64,000 bases of DNA from a virus. Numbering within the stretch: position 1 is the stretch's first letter; each line of letters begins with the position of its first letter. Both the position numbers and the translations under genes were made by a program. This document shows, in pieces, positions 40,906 through 50,511 of this stretch. The DNA is taken from positions 1 through 64,000 of IMG/VR virus record IMGVR_UViG_2921643360_000001; one strand, given 5' to 3'. The notes under the pieces were generated by a model. The model worked only from the letters and a program-made list of their open reading frames with translations, was not told the DNA's origin and ran no database searches.

Positions 40906-42432
40906 ATGACCCAAATTGTCCAATACGGACAGGTCAACACGACAGCGCTGATCGTTCCAGACCTGATCGTGCAGATCATTGCGCCCCAGGTCGCACAGCT
41001 TAACGGCGTGCCCACGAACGTAGCCGGTTTTGTTGGCACGGCGACGTGGGGCCCGGTTAATTCGCCGACCATCGTCGGCAGCATGGCGGATTACGCGCGC
41101 AACTTCGGCGCAATCCAGAACCGCCTGTACGACATGGGCACGGCAGTCGCTGCCGCTGTCCTGCAAGGCGCGAACAACTTCCGCTGTGTCCGCGTGACGG
41201 ACGGCACGGATACGGCTGCTTCGATCCTGGTTCAGTCGACCTGCATCACGTTCACATCGAAGTACACGGGCACGCTCGGTAACTCGACGCAAGTGCAGAT
41301 TGCCACCGGGTCCGCAGCGAACACCTTCAAAGCGATCGTTTCGATGCCCGGTCAAACGCCGGAAGTGTTCGACAACATCGGCGGTACGGCTAACGCGCTG
41401 TGGGTCAACATGGCTGCAGCGATCAACGGCGGCCAGGTCGGTGCGCGCGGCCCCTCGCAACTGATCGTTGCAACCGCTGGCGCAGGCACGACGGCGCCGA
41501 CGCCTGCGACCTACACGCTGGCAAGCGGTACGGATGGCGCAACCACGATCACGGGCTCGGTTCTCATCGGCCAGGACACGCTTCCTCGCAAGGGCATGTA
41601 CGCACTTCGCGGCACGGGCGCATCGGTTGCCGCTCTCGTCGACTGCTCGGACACGACGACGTTCTCAACGCAGGTCTCGTATGGCCTGTCCGAGGGCACG
41701 TACATGATCGGCGTCTCGCCGGTTGGCGACACGATCACCAACGCCGTGACGGTCAAGGCAACGGCCGGCATCGATTCGTATGCGTTCAAGTACATGTTCG
41801 GCGACTGGGTCTACTTCCTCGATCCCGTTAATGGCGGCACGCGACTGATCTCGCCGCAGGGTTACGTGGTCGGCGTGCTGGCGAACCTCGCTCCGCAAAA
41901 CTCGTCGTTGAACAAGCAACTGTATGGCGTGGTCGGCACGCAGAAGTCGTATCAGAACCAGCAGTACTCGAGCGCGGAGCTTCAAACGCTGGCTCAGGCC
42001 GGTATCGACGTCATCACGAACCCGATCCCAGCTGGCAATCAGTTCGGCTGCCGCATCGGTCACAACAGTTCGTCGGACAGCACCCGCAACGGCGACAACT
42101 ACACGCGGATGACCAATTACCTCGCGGCCACGACGGCGCAGGGCATGGGCATCTACGACGGGCGCCTGCAATCGGTGCAGCCGACCGATCCGCTGCGTCG
42201 TGCAGTCAAGGCCACGCTGGACAACTTCTATCTGAACCTGCAGCAGCAAGGCCAGATCGACGACTTCACGGTCCAGTGCGACCTGAACAACAACCCGGCA
42301 TCGCGCATCGCGCTTGGCTACCTGCAAGCCGATGTCCGCGTGCGCTACCTAGCTGTCGCCGAAAAGATCCTGATCAACCAGGAAGGCGGCCAGTCCGTGA
42401 CGATCTCGCGCCAGCAAGTCGCTTCGTTCTAA
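40906..42432 (+). CDS. Tail sheath protein
   Basis: 508 aa, the first gene of the tail module and followed by the tube. The N-terminus is typical of Mu/P2-like sheaths. Confidence 0.7.
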   Translation: MTQIVQYGQVNTTALIVPDLIVQIIAPQVAQLNGVPTNVAGFVGTATWGPVNSPTIVGSMADYARNFGAIQNRLYDMGTAVAAAVLQGANNFRCVRVTDGTDTAASILVQSTCITFTSKYTGTLGNSTQVQIATGSAANTFKAIVSMPGQTPEVFDNIGGTANALWVNMAAAINGGQVGARGPSQLIVATAGAGTTAPTPATYTLASGTDGATTITGSVLIGQDTLPRKGMYALRGTGASVAALVDCSDTTTFSTQVSYGLSEGTYMIGVSPVGDTITNAVTVKATAGIDSYAFKYMFGDWVYFLDPVNGGTRLISPQGYVVGVLANLAPQNSSLNKQLYGVVGTQKSYQNQQYSSAELQTLAQAGIDVITNPIPAGNQFGCRIGHNSSSDSTRNGDNYTRMTNYLAATTAQGMGIYDGRLQSVQPTDPLRRAVKATLDNFYLNLQQQGQIDDFTVQCDLNNNPASRIALGYLQADVRVRYLAVAEKILINQEGGQSVTISRQQVASF

Positions 42433-42444
42433 CCTGGAGAAAAC

Positions 42445-42876
42445 ATGGCAATCGGCCCTTTCAATACCGGGCGGGACGTAGTGCTTGACGTGACGACCCC
42501 GACCGGCCCGCTGCGCCTACCCACGACGACCACGTCATGGGAAGCCAAGCCGAAGTACAAGGAAATCGAGTCGGTCTCGATCAGTGGCGAGAACAACCAC
42601 GCGTCTATTCCTATCGGCTGGACCGGGACTATCGGTCTGGACCGCACGGATAACTCGGTGGATGCTTTCTTCGCCACGCTTGAGGCGAACTACTACGCCG
42701 GCATCAACATCGGCTACGCGACGATCACCGAGACGATCTCGGAAGGCAATGGCTCGGTGAGCCAGTACCGCTACACGAAAGTGTCGCTGCGCCTCGAGGA
42801 GCACGGCAAGTTCGTCGGTGATGACCGCGTGCAAGTGACGATCGGCTTCTCGGCGTCGCGTCGCGTCCCGCTGTAA
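42445..42876 (+). CDS. Tail tube protein
   Basis: 143 aa, directly after the sheath. Confidence 0.65.
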   Translation: MAIGPFNTGRDVVLDVTTPTGPLRLPTTTTSWEAKPKYKEIESVSISGENNHASIPIGWTGTIGLDRTDNSVDAFFATLEANYYAGINIGYATITETISEGNGSVSQYRYTKVSLRLEEHGKFVGDDRVQVTIGFSASRRVPL

Positions 42877-42976
42877 TGCTTCAAAGACCGCAGATAGGCC
42901 GGCCAGCCGACAAGCACGCTTCCCGGGCGTGTTTCTGTGGTCCCCGCACCCGGGTATCTGCGGGAGATATCCCTAA

Positions 42977-43342
42977 ATGACGAAGAAACCAACGCTGGAA
43001 CTGAATGCGGCAACGGTCGAGCAGCCCGCTCCGATCGCCGACAATCTAATCACCGACGCAAAAGGTCGCGTGCTGAAGGTGGTCGAGCCTGACATCCTGG
43101 CGGAAAGCCGACTGATGCGCCTGGTCGGCCCCGAAGCGGCGCTGAATCCGGCCTACATGCGTCTGTACGTGCTGCCGGCCGTCTCGGTAGTCGAGATCGA
43201 CGGCGAGGAAATGCCGTTTCCGATGAGCCAGCGTGAAGTCGACGCGGCAATCAAGCGACTCGATCACGATGGCATCAACGCTGTCATCCAGTATCAGGCG
43301 AAAAAGCGCAAGGACGAAGAAGACGCGGCAGTAAAAAACTAG
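42977..43342 (+). CDS. Tail assembly chaperone (short form)
   Basis: 121 aa. The ORF ends in the slippery heptamer A_AAA_AAC followed by TAG. Confidence 0.7.
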   Translation: MTKKPTLELNAATVEQPAPIADNLITDAKGRVLKVVEPDILAESRLMRLVGPEAALNPAYMRLYVLPAVSVVEIDGEEMPFPMSQREVDAAIKRLDHDGINAVIQYQAKKRKDEEDAAVKN

Positions 43343-43539
43343 CGCGGAACCCTGCTTTTCAGGAAGCCTGCTGGCTGATGAAGAATGGGGTTCCGTTTCA
43401 TAGCGCGTTCGGCATGCCGGCGTCGCGTGACTGGCGGATCGACAAGATCGAGCGTCGCGCGATGGCAATCACGTTCTCGTGCTTTAACGGTGCGGAATAC
43501 GACTGGGAAGCGATGCGCTTCAAGGATCCGCCGAGATGA
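42977..43539 (+). CDS. Tail assembly chaperone, -1 frameshift-extended form
   Basis: A -1 shift at 43333..43339 opens a 67-codon extension (..KKLARNPAFQEACWLMKNGVPFHSAFGMP...KDPPR). Confidence 0.6.
43333..43339 (+). promoter_or_regulatory. Programmed -1 ribosomal frameshift slippery site A_AAA_AAC
   Basis: Canonical X_XXY_YYZ heptamer in the zero frame GTA AAA AAC TAG. Confidence 0.65.
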
Positions 43540-44009
43540 AATTCAACAGTTTCAGCGCCTTCGCCAATCATCTTCAGAAACTCGCTGTGACGACGCCGGA
43601 AGTGACGCATGAGATGGTGAAGTCCGGCGCCAAAGAGATCGAGGATACGGCGAAGGGCATGATCGGGTTCTATCAGACCGACATCGCGCCTTATCCGACT
43701 TGGGCGCCGCTAAGCGAGAAGTACGAAGCCGCCAAGGTTGCGGCTGGATTTGAGCCGGATGCACCATTGCTGCGGACTGGCGAAATGCAGAAGAGCATCA
43801 GATCGACCGCTGAACGCAACGAGGCGGCGACGGGCTCGAATGACAAGGTGCTGGAGTATCACGAGTTCGGCACGCCGAATATGCCGCCGCGCCCTGTTCT
43901 CGGTCCTGCGGCACATCACAGTACGCCACGAATCATCTCCAGCATGGCTGCGACGACGTTTTATTTCCTCTCCGGGAAGGGCTGGCGCGCTCAGCTACGC
44001 CGGAAGTAG
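43536..44009 (+). CDS. HK97-gp10-like tail/virion completion protein
   Basis: 'VLEYHEFGTPNMPPRPVLGPA' resembles the gp10-family motif. Confidence 0.55.
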   Translation: MKFNSFSAFANHLQKLAVTTPEVTHEMVKSGAKEIEDTAKGMIGFYQTDIAPYPTWAPLSEKYEAAKVAAGFEPDAPLLRTGEMQKSIRSTAERNEAATGSNDKVLEYHEFGTPNMPPRPVLGPAAHHSTPRIISSMAATTFYFLSGKGWRAQLRRK

Positions 44010-44239
44010 AAGAACAGAAACACGATGGCGAGCACAGCAAGATAGACGCCAATGTATGGCACAAACAGCAGCATCGACGGCATGAACAGCGCACACAGTT
44101 TCGGTATGTGCGGTCGTGTTGCCCAGCGTGCCTTCCAGCCGTGAGCATGACCGCTCAGGCTTTTCACATTCGGCTTCGGGTACTGAATAAAGCTGACGCG
44201 ATCCGCCAGCCATTCGTGGATTCGGTAGGCGATGCCCAT
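43991..44239 (-). CDS. Reverse-oriented 82-aa membrane protein (moron inside the tail operon)
   Basis: GGAG lies 6 nt before the ATG. C-terminal double TM 'LCALFMPSMLLFVPYIGVYLAVLAIVFLFFYF'. It fills an otherwise non-coding 265-bp gap. Confidence 0.55.
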   Translation of the reverse strand: MGIAYRIHEWLADRVSFIQYPKPNVKSLSGHAHGWKARWATRPHIPKLCALFMPSMLLFVPYIGVYLAVLAIVFLFFYFRRS

Positions 44240-44274
44240 AGAAACTCCAGTAAGTTATTGAGTATACGACGGAA

Positions 44275-46180
44275 ATGATCAACGTCTACGAAATCGGCAC
44301 GACGCTCAAGCTGAATGACCTGATCACGCCGCAACTGCTCAAGTTGTCGGACGAGTTCCGCAAGGTCGATGCGATCGCACTGCAGATCAACAAGCGCCTG
44401 AAGTCGATGGGCGCCGAGATCGTAGGCATTCGGAATCTTGCGGGCGCAACGAAAGGCCTGGCCGCCAGCATGAAAGCGATCAAGGACGAGTCGGCGCTGG
44501 CAGAAAAGAATCTGTTTGCGCTGCGCATGGCGTTGCCCAGTGGCGGTCTCGGACTCGAAGCCGAACTGATCGCGGCGAACGTGCAGGCTCGCACGCTGCG
44601 CGACGCTGGCTGGCATTCGTGGCGGCGGCCGCTTGCCTCCCGGTGGCGGCGGTGGTCATCTGCCGTCTCCTGGCGGTGCGGGTGGCGGTCGTCGCGGTGG
44701 CGGTCACATTCACGGCGGCAACATCCATGTTGGCTCAGGCGGAATCGGTATCGGCGGAATCGGCATGGGACTGATGAGCGATGCTCTGATCCCGCTCGGC
44801 GCGGGCATGGTCACCTACTACGTCGGCAAGCAGTTCTACGAAGGCGCGAAGGACTATCAGGACGCCTTCATGCGCTTCAAATCGCTGAATCTCGGCGATC
44901 AGGTCAATGCTGAGGCTGACAAGTTCGTCAAGGCGACGAAAGTCTACGGCGTCTCGCAGACCGAACTGATGAAGGCGCTGGGCGAATCGGTTGGCCTGTT
45001 CGGTTCGTTCGATGAGGCGAAGAAGTTCACGCCCGACCTGCTGACGCTCGGTAAGGCCAACTCGGCGGTATTCGGCGACAAGAACGGGCATCTCGACGAT
45101 GAGGGGTTGAAAAGCCTGCTCAAGTTCATCGATCGCCGCGGTGGATTCAAGGACGAAGCGACATTCAAGCGCAATCTTGACCTCGCAGAAAAGATGGTCA
45201 CAGGCTCATCCGGGTTCTTGAAGTTTAACGACCTCGGCGCATTCTCCCAGAACGCAGGCACGGCATTCCGCACGCTTTCCGATGAGGGTTTGCTGGAAAT
45301 GGAGGGCCTGCTGATCGAACAAGGCGGCCAGAAAGCGGGTACGGCGTGGATGAGCCTGTATCAGAACCTGGTCGCTGGCCGCACGCCGAAAAAGACGATG
45401 GGTCTGCTGCAAGACCTTGGTCTCGGGACGCTCCAGATGCAGGAGCATGGTTCTGTCGGCGGCAAGCCCCTGAAGTCTCTTGTCATGGCGGATATCAAGG
45501 AGTCCGCGCTACTCCAGTCGAATCCGCCAAAGTGGATGCGCGACGTTCTGATCCCGACCATGCAGGCGCATGGGATTACGTCAGAGGCTCAGCAGTTGAA
45601 AGCGGTGAACGACATTCTGTCGAACCGTACAGCGTCTGGTCAGGGTTCCATCATGACGACGCAGCAGTTCCAGCTTTTGCGGGACTTTCACCTTGCCAGG
45701 GGCGCTATGGGCGCAGACAAGGTGTCCGGCATGTTCAAGGACTCCGCATCGGGCGCTGAAGCCGATTTCGACGCTGCGTGGACGGATTTCAAGAAGCAGT
45801 TCGGCACTACGATGCTGCCACAGATCACGAGCATGCTGAAGACCGGAACAGACCTGCTGCGCTCGCTGGCAAGCATCACGGAAAGCGAGAACTTCAAGTC
45901 GTTCATGAGTTTCGCATCAAAGGTCAACGGCACCTTCGGCTGGCTGCCAAAGCAGTTTTTCGGCTCAGCCAATGCGGCTGAACCCGGACAAAGCCCGAAC
46001 GTTAAGACGGGCACGCCACAGCCTTTCAAGCTGAGTACGACTATCAACCTCGACGGCAGAAAGATCGGCGAGGCGGCGACGGACTACATCCTGAATGGCA
46101 TGGGCAAGCCCCAATCCACCAGTTCCGGCTTCGATTTCACACGCGCAGCACCGCCAATCGGCCACTCTTTCGCACGCTAA
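44275..46180 (+). CDS. Tape measure protein; reading frame broken (net +1 shift needed near 44606-44632)
   Basis: The N-terminal part lies in the frame of 44275 and the remainder in the frame of 44633..46180. The 44275 frame degenerates into W/R-rich nonsense after about 44612. Confidence 0.7.
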
Positions 46181-47134
46181 ATGGCAACCAATCTCTCTCT
46201 CGGCGATGTCCTGTTCGCGGATCTCGAAATCCCTGAACACATCACGTTCGGCGGCGAACAGCGGCTGACGGTGCATGAACTGGTCGGCGGCACGCGCATT
46301 ATCGACGCGATGGGCCGCTCGGACATGCCGCTTGACTGGTCGGGCTGGTTCATGGGTCAGAATGCGCTGGCTCGTGCGCAATATCTCGAGGCGCAGCGCA
46401 TCGCCGGCACATCGGTGCCGCTGGTCTGGTCCGAACTGTTCTACGACGTTGTCATCCAGCGATTCGAGGCGGATTTCCAGCGCGAGTGGATGATCCCTTA
46501 TCGGATCACCTGCGTTGTGGTTGCGAATCATGCGCAGCCGCAGACGTCGCTTGCTGGACCGTCGATCAACGACCTGATGGCGTCGGACCTGTCGAGCGCC
46601 AACCTGCTTGCGAGCCAGATCGGCAATAGCACGCTGACCGGTCTGATGGGCACGGTCAATTCGGCTATCTCCACAGTATCGAGCTTCGCCAGCGCTACGG
46701 CCAGCACGATCAATAGCGTTCTTCAGCCGATCAATGCGGTACAGCAGCAGGTTGCGACGCTGATCGGGCAAGCGGCAAACACGATGGCGAACGTGACGAC
46801 ACTGGGCGGCATCCTGCCAAATAACCCGATCTCGACATCGGTGGCGAACATCGCGGCACAAGTCACGGCGTATCAGCAATCTCCCCTGCTCTACAACCTC
46901 CAGTCCGTCATGGGGCGTATGTCGATCAACCTCGGCAACGTCACAGGTGCGACGCAGCAGATCACGACGGCTGGCGGCAACCTGATGGATCTGGCCGCCA
47001 AGGTCTACGGCAAGGCTGAAGCATGGACGGGCATTGCAAAGGCTAACGGCCTGAGAGATCCCGTTGTGCAGGGCGTTCAAACACTCAACATTCCGGTCAC
47101 GCCGGATAACAGCGGCGGCGTCCTGACTTCATGA
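46181..47134 (+). CDS. Tail/baseplate protein in the Mu gp43 (DNA-circulation) position, with LysM-like C-terminus
   Basis: Assigned by gene order after the tape measure. C-terminal 'YGKAEAWTGIAKANGLRDPVVQGVQTLNIP'. Confidence 0.5.
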   Translation: MATNLSLGDVLFADLEIPEHITFGGEQRLTVHELVGGTRIIDAMGRSDMPLDWSGWFMGQNALARAQYLEAQRIAGTSVPLVWSELFYDVVIQRFEADFQREWMIPYRITCVVVANHAQPQTSLAGPSINDLMASDLSSANLLASQIGNSTLTGLMGTVNSAISTVSSFASATASTINSVLQPINAVQQQVATLIGQAANTMANVTTLGGILPNNPISTSVANIAAQVTAYQQSPLLYNLQSVMGRMSINLGNVTGATQQITTAGGNLMDLAAKVYGKAEAWTGIAKANGLRDPVVQGVQTLNIPVTPDNSGGVLTS

Positions 47135-48273
47135 CGACACTCAACATCGTTCCTGCGGTCGCCTCCGCACGGCAGCCGCGCGGCATGGTGTTGCTGGGCG
47201 ACCCGAATCAGCCTGGCACGTCGGTTCCGTGGATCGACTGGGACGTCGAGCAGAACGCGTGGCATTCGGCCAGCACGTTTCGCATGCGCCTGCCTATCTC
47301 TGCGCTGAGCGCTCCAATTGATCTGAATTACGTGCTCGGCACAAACCCGATCCAGGCGCAGATCTTCGCAGGCTTTCCGGGCAACCCCGATAGCTACGGA
47401 ACAGCCGATCTCCAGCAACTCATCACGGGCAACGTCGACCAGATCCAGTTTGGGCCGGCGAGGCGCTGGATTGAACTGAGCGGACGCGATTACACGTCGC
47501 TGCTGATCGATGCGAAAACGTTCGACCGCTGGACCAACCAGACGGCGAGCGAGATTGCGGCGACGCTGGCGAATCGTCATGGTCTGAAGCCGCAAGTTAC
47601 TGCGACGACGGGCGCAGTCGGCAAGATCTACGAAATCGACAAGATCCACGATCGGCACGGCAGCACCGAATGGGAATTGCTCACGTGGCTGGCAGGCATC
47701 TATGACTTCGTGGTCTATGTGCAGGGCATGACGCTGTACTTCGGGCCGAAGCCTGACCCGACGACGGCGACGCCCTACGCGCTCCAGTGGAAGAACCCGG
47801 ATGCGCTGACGACTACGACGTTCCAGGGCAATGTGCTCGACATGTCGTTCTCACGCACGCTGACGGTCGGAAAGGGTGTGACGGTTCAGGTTCACAGCTT
47901 AAATCACAAGCAGAAAACCGGATTCACCGTCACTTATCCCGAAAGCAAAGCCAAGGGAATCAAGCCCGGTTCGGCGACCGCGCCCGCTCAGGTCTACAGC
48001 TACATCATCGCCAATCTGACGCAGCAGGATGCACAGCAGCGCGCGAAACAGATCTACGACGACATCATCCACCACGAACTCAAGATGAGCGCCGAACTGC
48101 CAGGCGACAACATTTTGACGCCAAACACGATGGTGAGTGTTTCCGGGACCGAAACACCATTCGACACGATGTATTACGTTGAATCCGTCAGTCGGCGCAT
48201 GAGCATCGATTCAGGTTATTCAATGTCGATGCGCGGCAAGAATCACTCGCTCGACACTACAGTCATTCCATGA
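47131..48273 (+). CDS. Baseplate hub protein (Mu gp44 / P2 gpD-like)
   Basis: 380 aa. 'TASEIAATLANRHGLKPQV' is a gpD-like segment, supported by order. Confidence 0.6.
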   Translation: MTTLNIVPAVASARQPRGMVLLGDPNQPGTSVPWIDWDVEQNAWHSASTFRMRLPISALSAPIDLNYVLGTNPIQAQIFAGFPGNPDSYGTADLQQLITGNVDQIQFGPARRWIELSGRDYTSLLIDAKTFDRWTNQTASEIAATLANRHGLKPQVTATTGAVGKIYEIDKIHDRHGSTEWELLTWLAGIYDFVVYVQGMTLYFGPKPDPTTATPYALQWKNPDALTTTTFQGNVLDMSFSRTLTVGKGVTVQVHSLNHKQKTGFTVTYPESKAKGIKPGSATAPAQVYSYIIANLTQQDAQQRAKQIYDDIIHHELKMSAELPGDNILTPNTMVSVSGTETPFDTMYYVESVSRRMSIDSGYSMSMRGKNHSLDTTVIP

Positions 48274-48920
48274 TCGACAACCTTCTCAACCAGATACGCG
48301 CTCACGCCCAGATGGCCCAGGGCGAGAAGACGACGCATCGGGTCGGCCAGGTGACGGCATATGACCCAAGCAAGTATTCGGTCAAGGTCAAGATGTGGCC
48401 GGACACGCAGGAATCGCTGGGCTGGATTCCGCTTGCGTCGACCTACATCGGGAATGGATGGGGACTCGTCGCGGGGCCATCCATCGGCGATCAGGTGATG
48501 ATCGCATTCGATCGCGAGGATCAGGATGCGGGCGTCGTGGTTGGCAGGTTCTTCACGGATGTGGAGCAGCCCCCGGCCGCCCCATCCGGGGACTTCTGGC
48601 TGGTGCATAAGTCGGGCTCGCTGCTGAAGTTTCACGGCGATGGCTCGGTCGAATTGACAGCCAATGCGACACTGACCTACCGCGCCGCTCAGCATCACTT
48701 CATTGGGCCTGTGCAGATGGATGCCACCCTCAACGTGAATCAGGCGATCAGCGGCGAGGGAGGAATGTCGATCTCTGGCGACAACGGCAGCGGCCACGCG
48801 TCGACCGTCACTGGCAACACGAACTTTGTCGGCGGTGTGACCGCAAACGGTCACGACATCGGCAGCACGCATCAGCACATCAATTCAGGCGGCTCTGGCC
48901 TCGGTGGGGTTCCGCAATGA
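48270..48920 (+). CDS. Baseplate spike / assembly protein V-like (Mu gp45)
   Basis: 'GWIPLASTYIGNGWGLVAGPSIGDQVMIAFDREDQDAGVVVGRFF' is the gpV OB-fold pattern. Confidence 0.7.
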   Translation: MIDNLLNQIRAHAQMAQGEKTTHRVGQVTAYDPSKYSVKVKMWPDTQESLGWIPLASTYIGNGWGLVAGPSIGDQVMIAFDREDQDAGVVVGRFFTDVEQPPAAPSGDFWLVHKSGSLLKFHGDGSVELTANATLTYRAAQHHFIGPVQMDATLNVNQAISGEGGMSISGDNGSGHASTVTGNTNFVGGVTANGHDIGSTHQHINSGGSGLGGVPQ

Positions 48921-49318
48921 CAACGCAATCTCTCAATGACCTGAATCAGTTGTGGTCCCAGGATATCGTCCCGAGCCCGACTGGCGATCTCGGCATAGCA
49001 ACCGACGCGACCCGCAGCCAGCAGCGCGTCATCCGGCGCCTGTTGACAAACCCGCTTGACGCGAACGGACCTCCTGACTATCCGCTCCATCCTACCTACG
49101 GCGCAGGACTAGCCCGGTACGTCGGCCAAAACGTCGACCTCGCCAAGATGCGCACGCTGATCCGCGGGCAGATGCTGCTCGAGGATTCTGTCTCGAAGAA
49201 TCCGCAGCCGCAAGTCACCGTGAAGCTGGTTGATCCGACAACCCTATCCGTCTACATCAGGTACACCGTCGCCGGGTCGGGATCGCCAGCCGTCTTGCAA
49301 TTCAACGTCAATAACTGA
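48917..49318 (+). CDS. Baseplate wedge protein (gp25/GPW/Mu gp46-like)
   Basis: 133 aa, assigned by size and position. Confidence 0.55.
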   Translation: MTTQSLNDLNQLWSQDIVPSPTGDLGIATDATRSQQRVIRRLLTNPLDANGPPDYPLHPTYGAGLARYVGQNVDLAKMRTLIRGQMLLEDSVSKNPQPQVTVKLVDPTTLSVYIRYTVAGSGSPAVLQFNVNN

Positions 49319-49337
49319 CGCATCGACATTCAATCTG

Positions 49338-49359
49338 AGCCACCTTCGGGTGGCTTTTT
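49338..49359 (+). terminator. Rho-independent hairpin within the baseplate operon
   Basis: AGCCACC-ttcg-GGTGGCT followed by TTTTG. Confidence 0.6.
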
Positions 49360-49374
49360 GCATTTCAGGACGCT

Positions 49375-50502
49375 ATGGCATCGATCAACCAATGGAGTTT
49401 GAGCCAGGCGATCGGCAACATGGTCGCGTCTACGCAGGCCAAGGCAAAGGTTCTGCTCGACTTCACCGTTGGCTCGGTCAATCTGGCGATCATTGAGGCC
49501 GTCGCTCAGGTGGTGATCTGGCTTGAGGGCTTAATCCTCACGCTGCTCGCTGTCACGCGAGCCGCAACGTCGAGTGGCTCCGATCTTGACTCGTGGATGG
49601 CGGATTACGGCCTGACGCGGCTTGCGGCTACCTCGTCGACCGGGCAAGTCACCTTCTCACGATTCACGCCGACGTATCAGGCGGTCGTGCCAGTCGGAAC
49701 TGTTGTGCAAACGGCGGACGGGACGCAGCAATTCACCGTCATCGCCGATACGACGCAGACGGCCTACAACGCGACGCTCGGCGGCTATGTCATCGCTGCG
49801 GGCATCTCTGGCGCCGTCGCAACAGTCCAGGCGGTCAACGCCGGCACGCAGACCAACGTCCTCGCCAATACGGTCACGACGCTGACGCAGGCGGTGCAAT
49901 ACGTCGATACGGTCACGAACGCAAATCCGTTCGCTAACGCCGTCGACACCGAGACTGACACTGCGTTTCGGGCGCGGTTCGTCACTTACATCAACTCACT
50001 GTCGAAGGCGACGAAAAGCGCAGTCGGCAATGCGATCCTCGCGGTTCAGCAAGGACTGTCCTATGTGCTGGTGGAAAACCAGACGTATGGCGGTGCCACG
50101 CAAATGGGCTACTTCTACGCCGTCGTCGCACTGAATGGCGCGGTGCCCGGATCGACGCTACTCAATTCGATCGCCAATGCGGTCGACGCGGTTCGGCCAA
50201 TTACCTCGACGTTTGGCGTGTTCGCCGCTGCTACCGTCAACGCGAATATCGCGATGACTATCACGACGTCGTCCGGTTACACACATTCGGCAGTGGTCAC
50301 GCAGGTTCAGACGGCTCTGCAAAGCTACATCGCCACGCTGGGCATCGGTCAGACGTTGGCCTATACCCGCCTCGCGCAAGTCGCGTATGACGCATCACCT
50401 GGCGTGACTGGAGTCAGCGCAATCACGCTCAACGGCGGCACGTCAGATCTCACCGCTACGCAGCAACAACTGATCGTCAGCGGCACGCTGAGCATCACGT
50501 AA
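49375..50502 (+). CDS. Baseplate J-like protein (Mu gp47)
   Basis: 375 aa, assigned by order and size. Confidence 0.6.
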   Translation: MASINQWSLSQAIGNMVASTQAKAKVLLDFTVGSVNLAIIEAVAQVVIWLEGLILTLLAVTRAATSSGSDLDSWMADYGLTRLAATSSTGQVTFSRFTPTYQAVVPVGTVVQTADGTQQFTVIADTTQTAYNATLGGYVIAAGISGAVATVQAVNAGTQTNVLANTVTTLTQAVQYVDTVTNANPFANAVDTETDTAFRARFVTYINSLSKATKSAVGNAILAVQQGLSYVLVENQTYGGATQMGYFYAVVALNGAVPGSTLLNSIANAVDAVRPITSTFGVFAAATVNANIAMTITTSSGYTHSAVVTQVQTALQSYIATLGIGQTLAYTRLAQVAYDASPGVTGVSAITLNGGTSDLTATQQQLIVSGTLSIT

Positions 50503-50511
50503 GGAGGCGCC

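Noticed and set aside
44613-44913. C-terminal 100 codons of ORF 44275..44913 taken as a genuine protein tail
   Set aside because: The W/R/S-rich sequence (..WHSWRRPLASRWRRWSSAVSWRCGWRSSRW..) is the out-of-frame reading of the Gly-rich tape-measure linker encoded in the +1 frame.
45965-47080. 371-aa minus-strand ORF, and similar long antisense ORFs at 37200..38087, 41665..42327, 18574..19236 and 39309..39944
   Set aside because: All lie opposite clearly functional structural or helicase genes. All have Arg-rich nonsense-like sequence. Long stop-free antisense frames are expected at this GC content.
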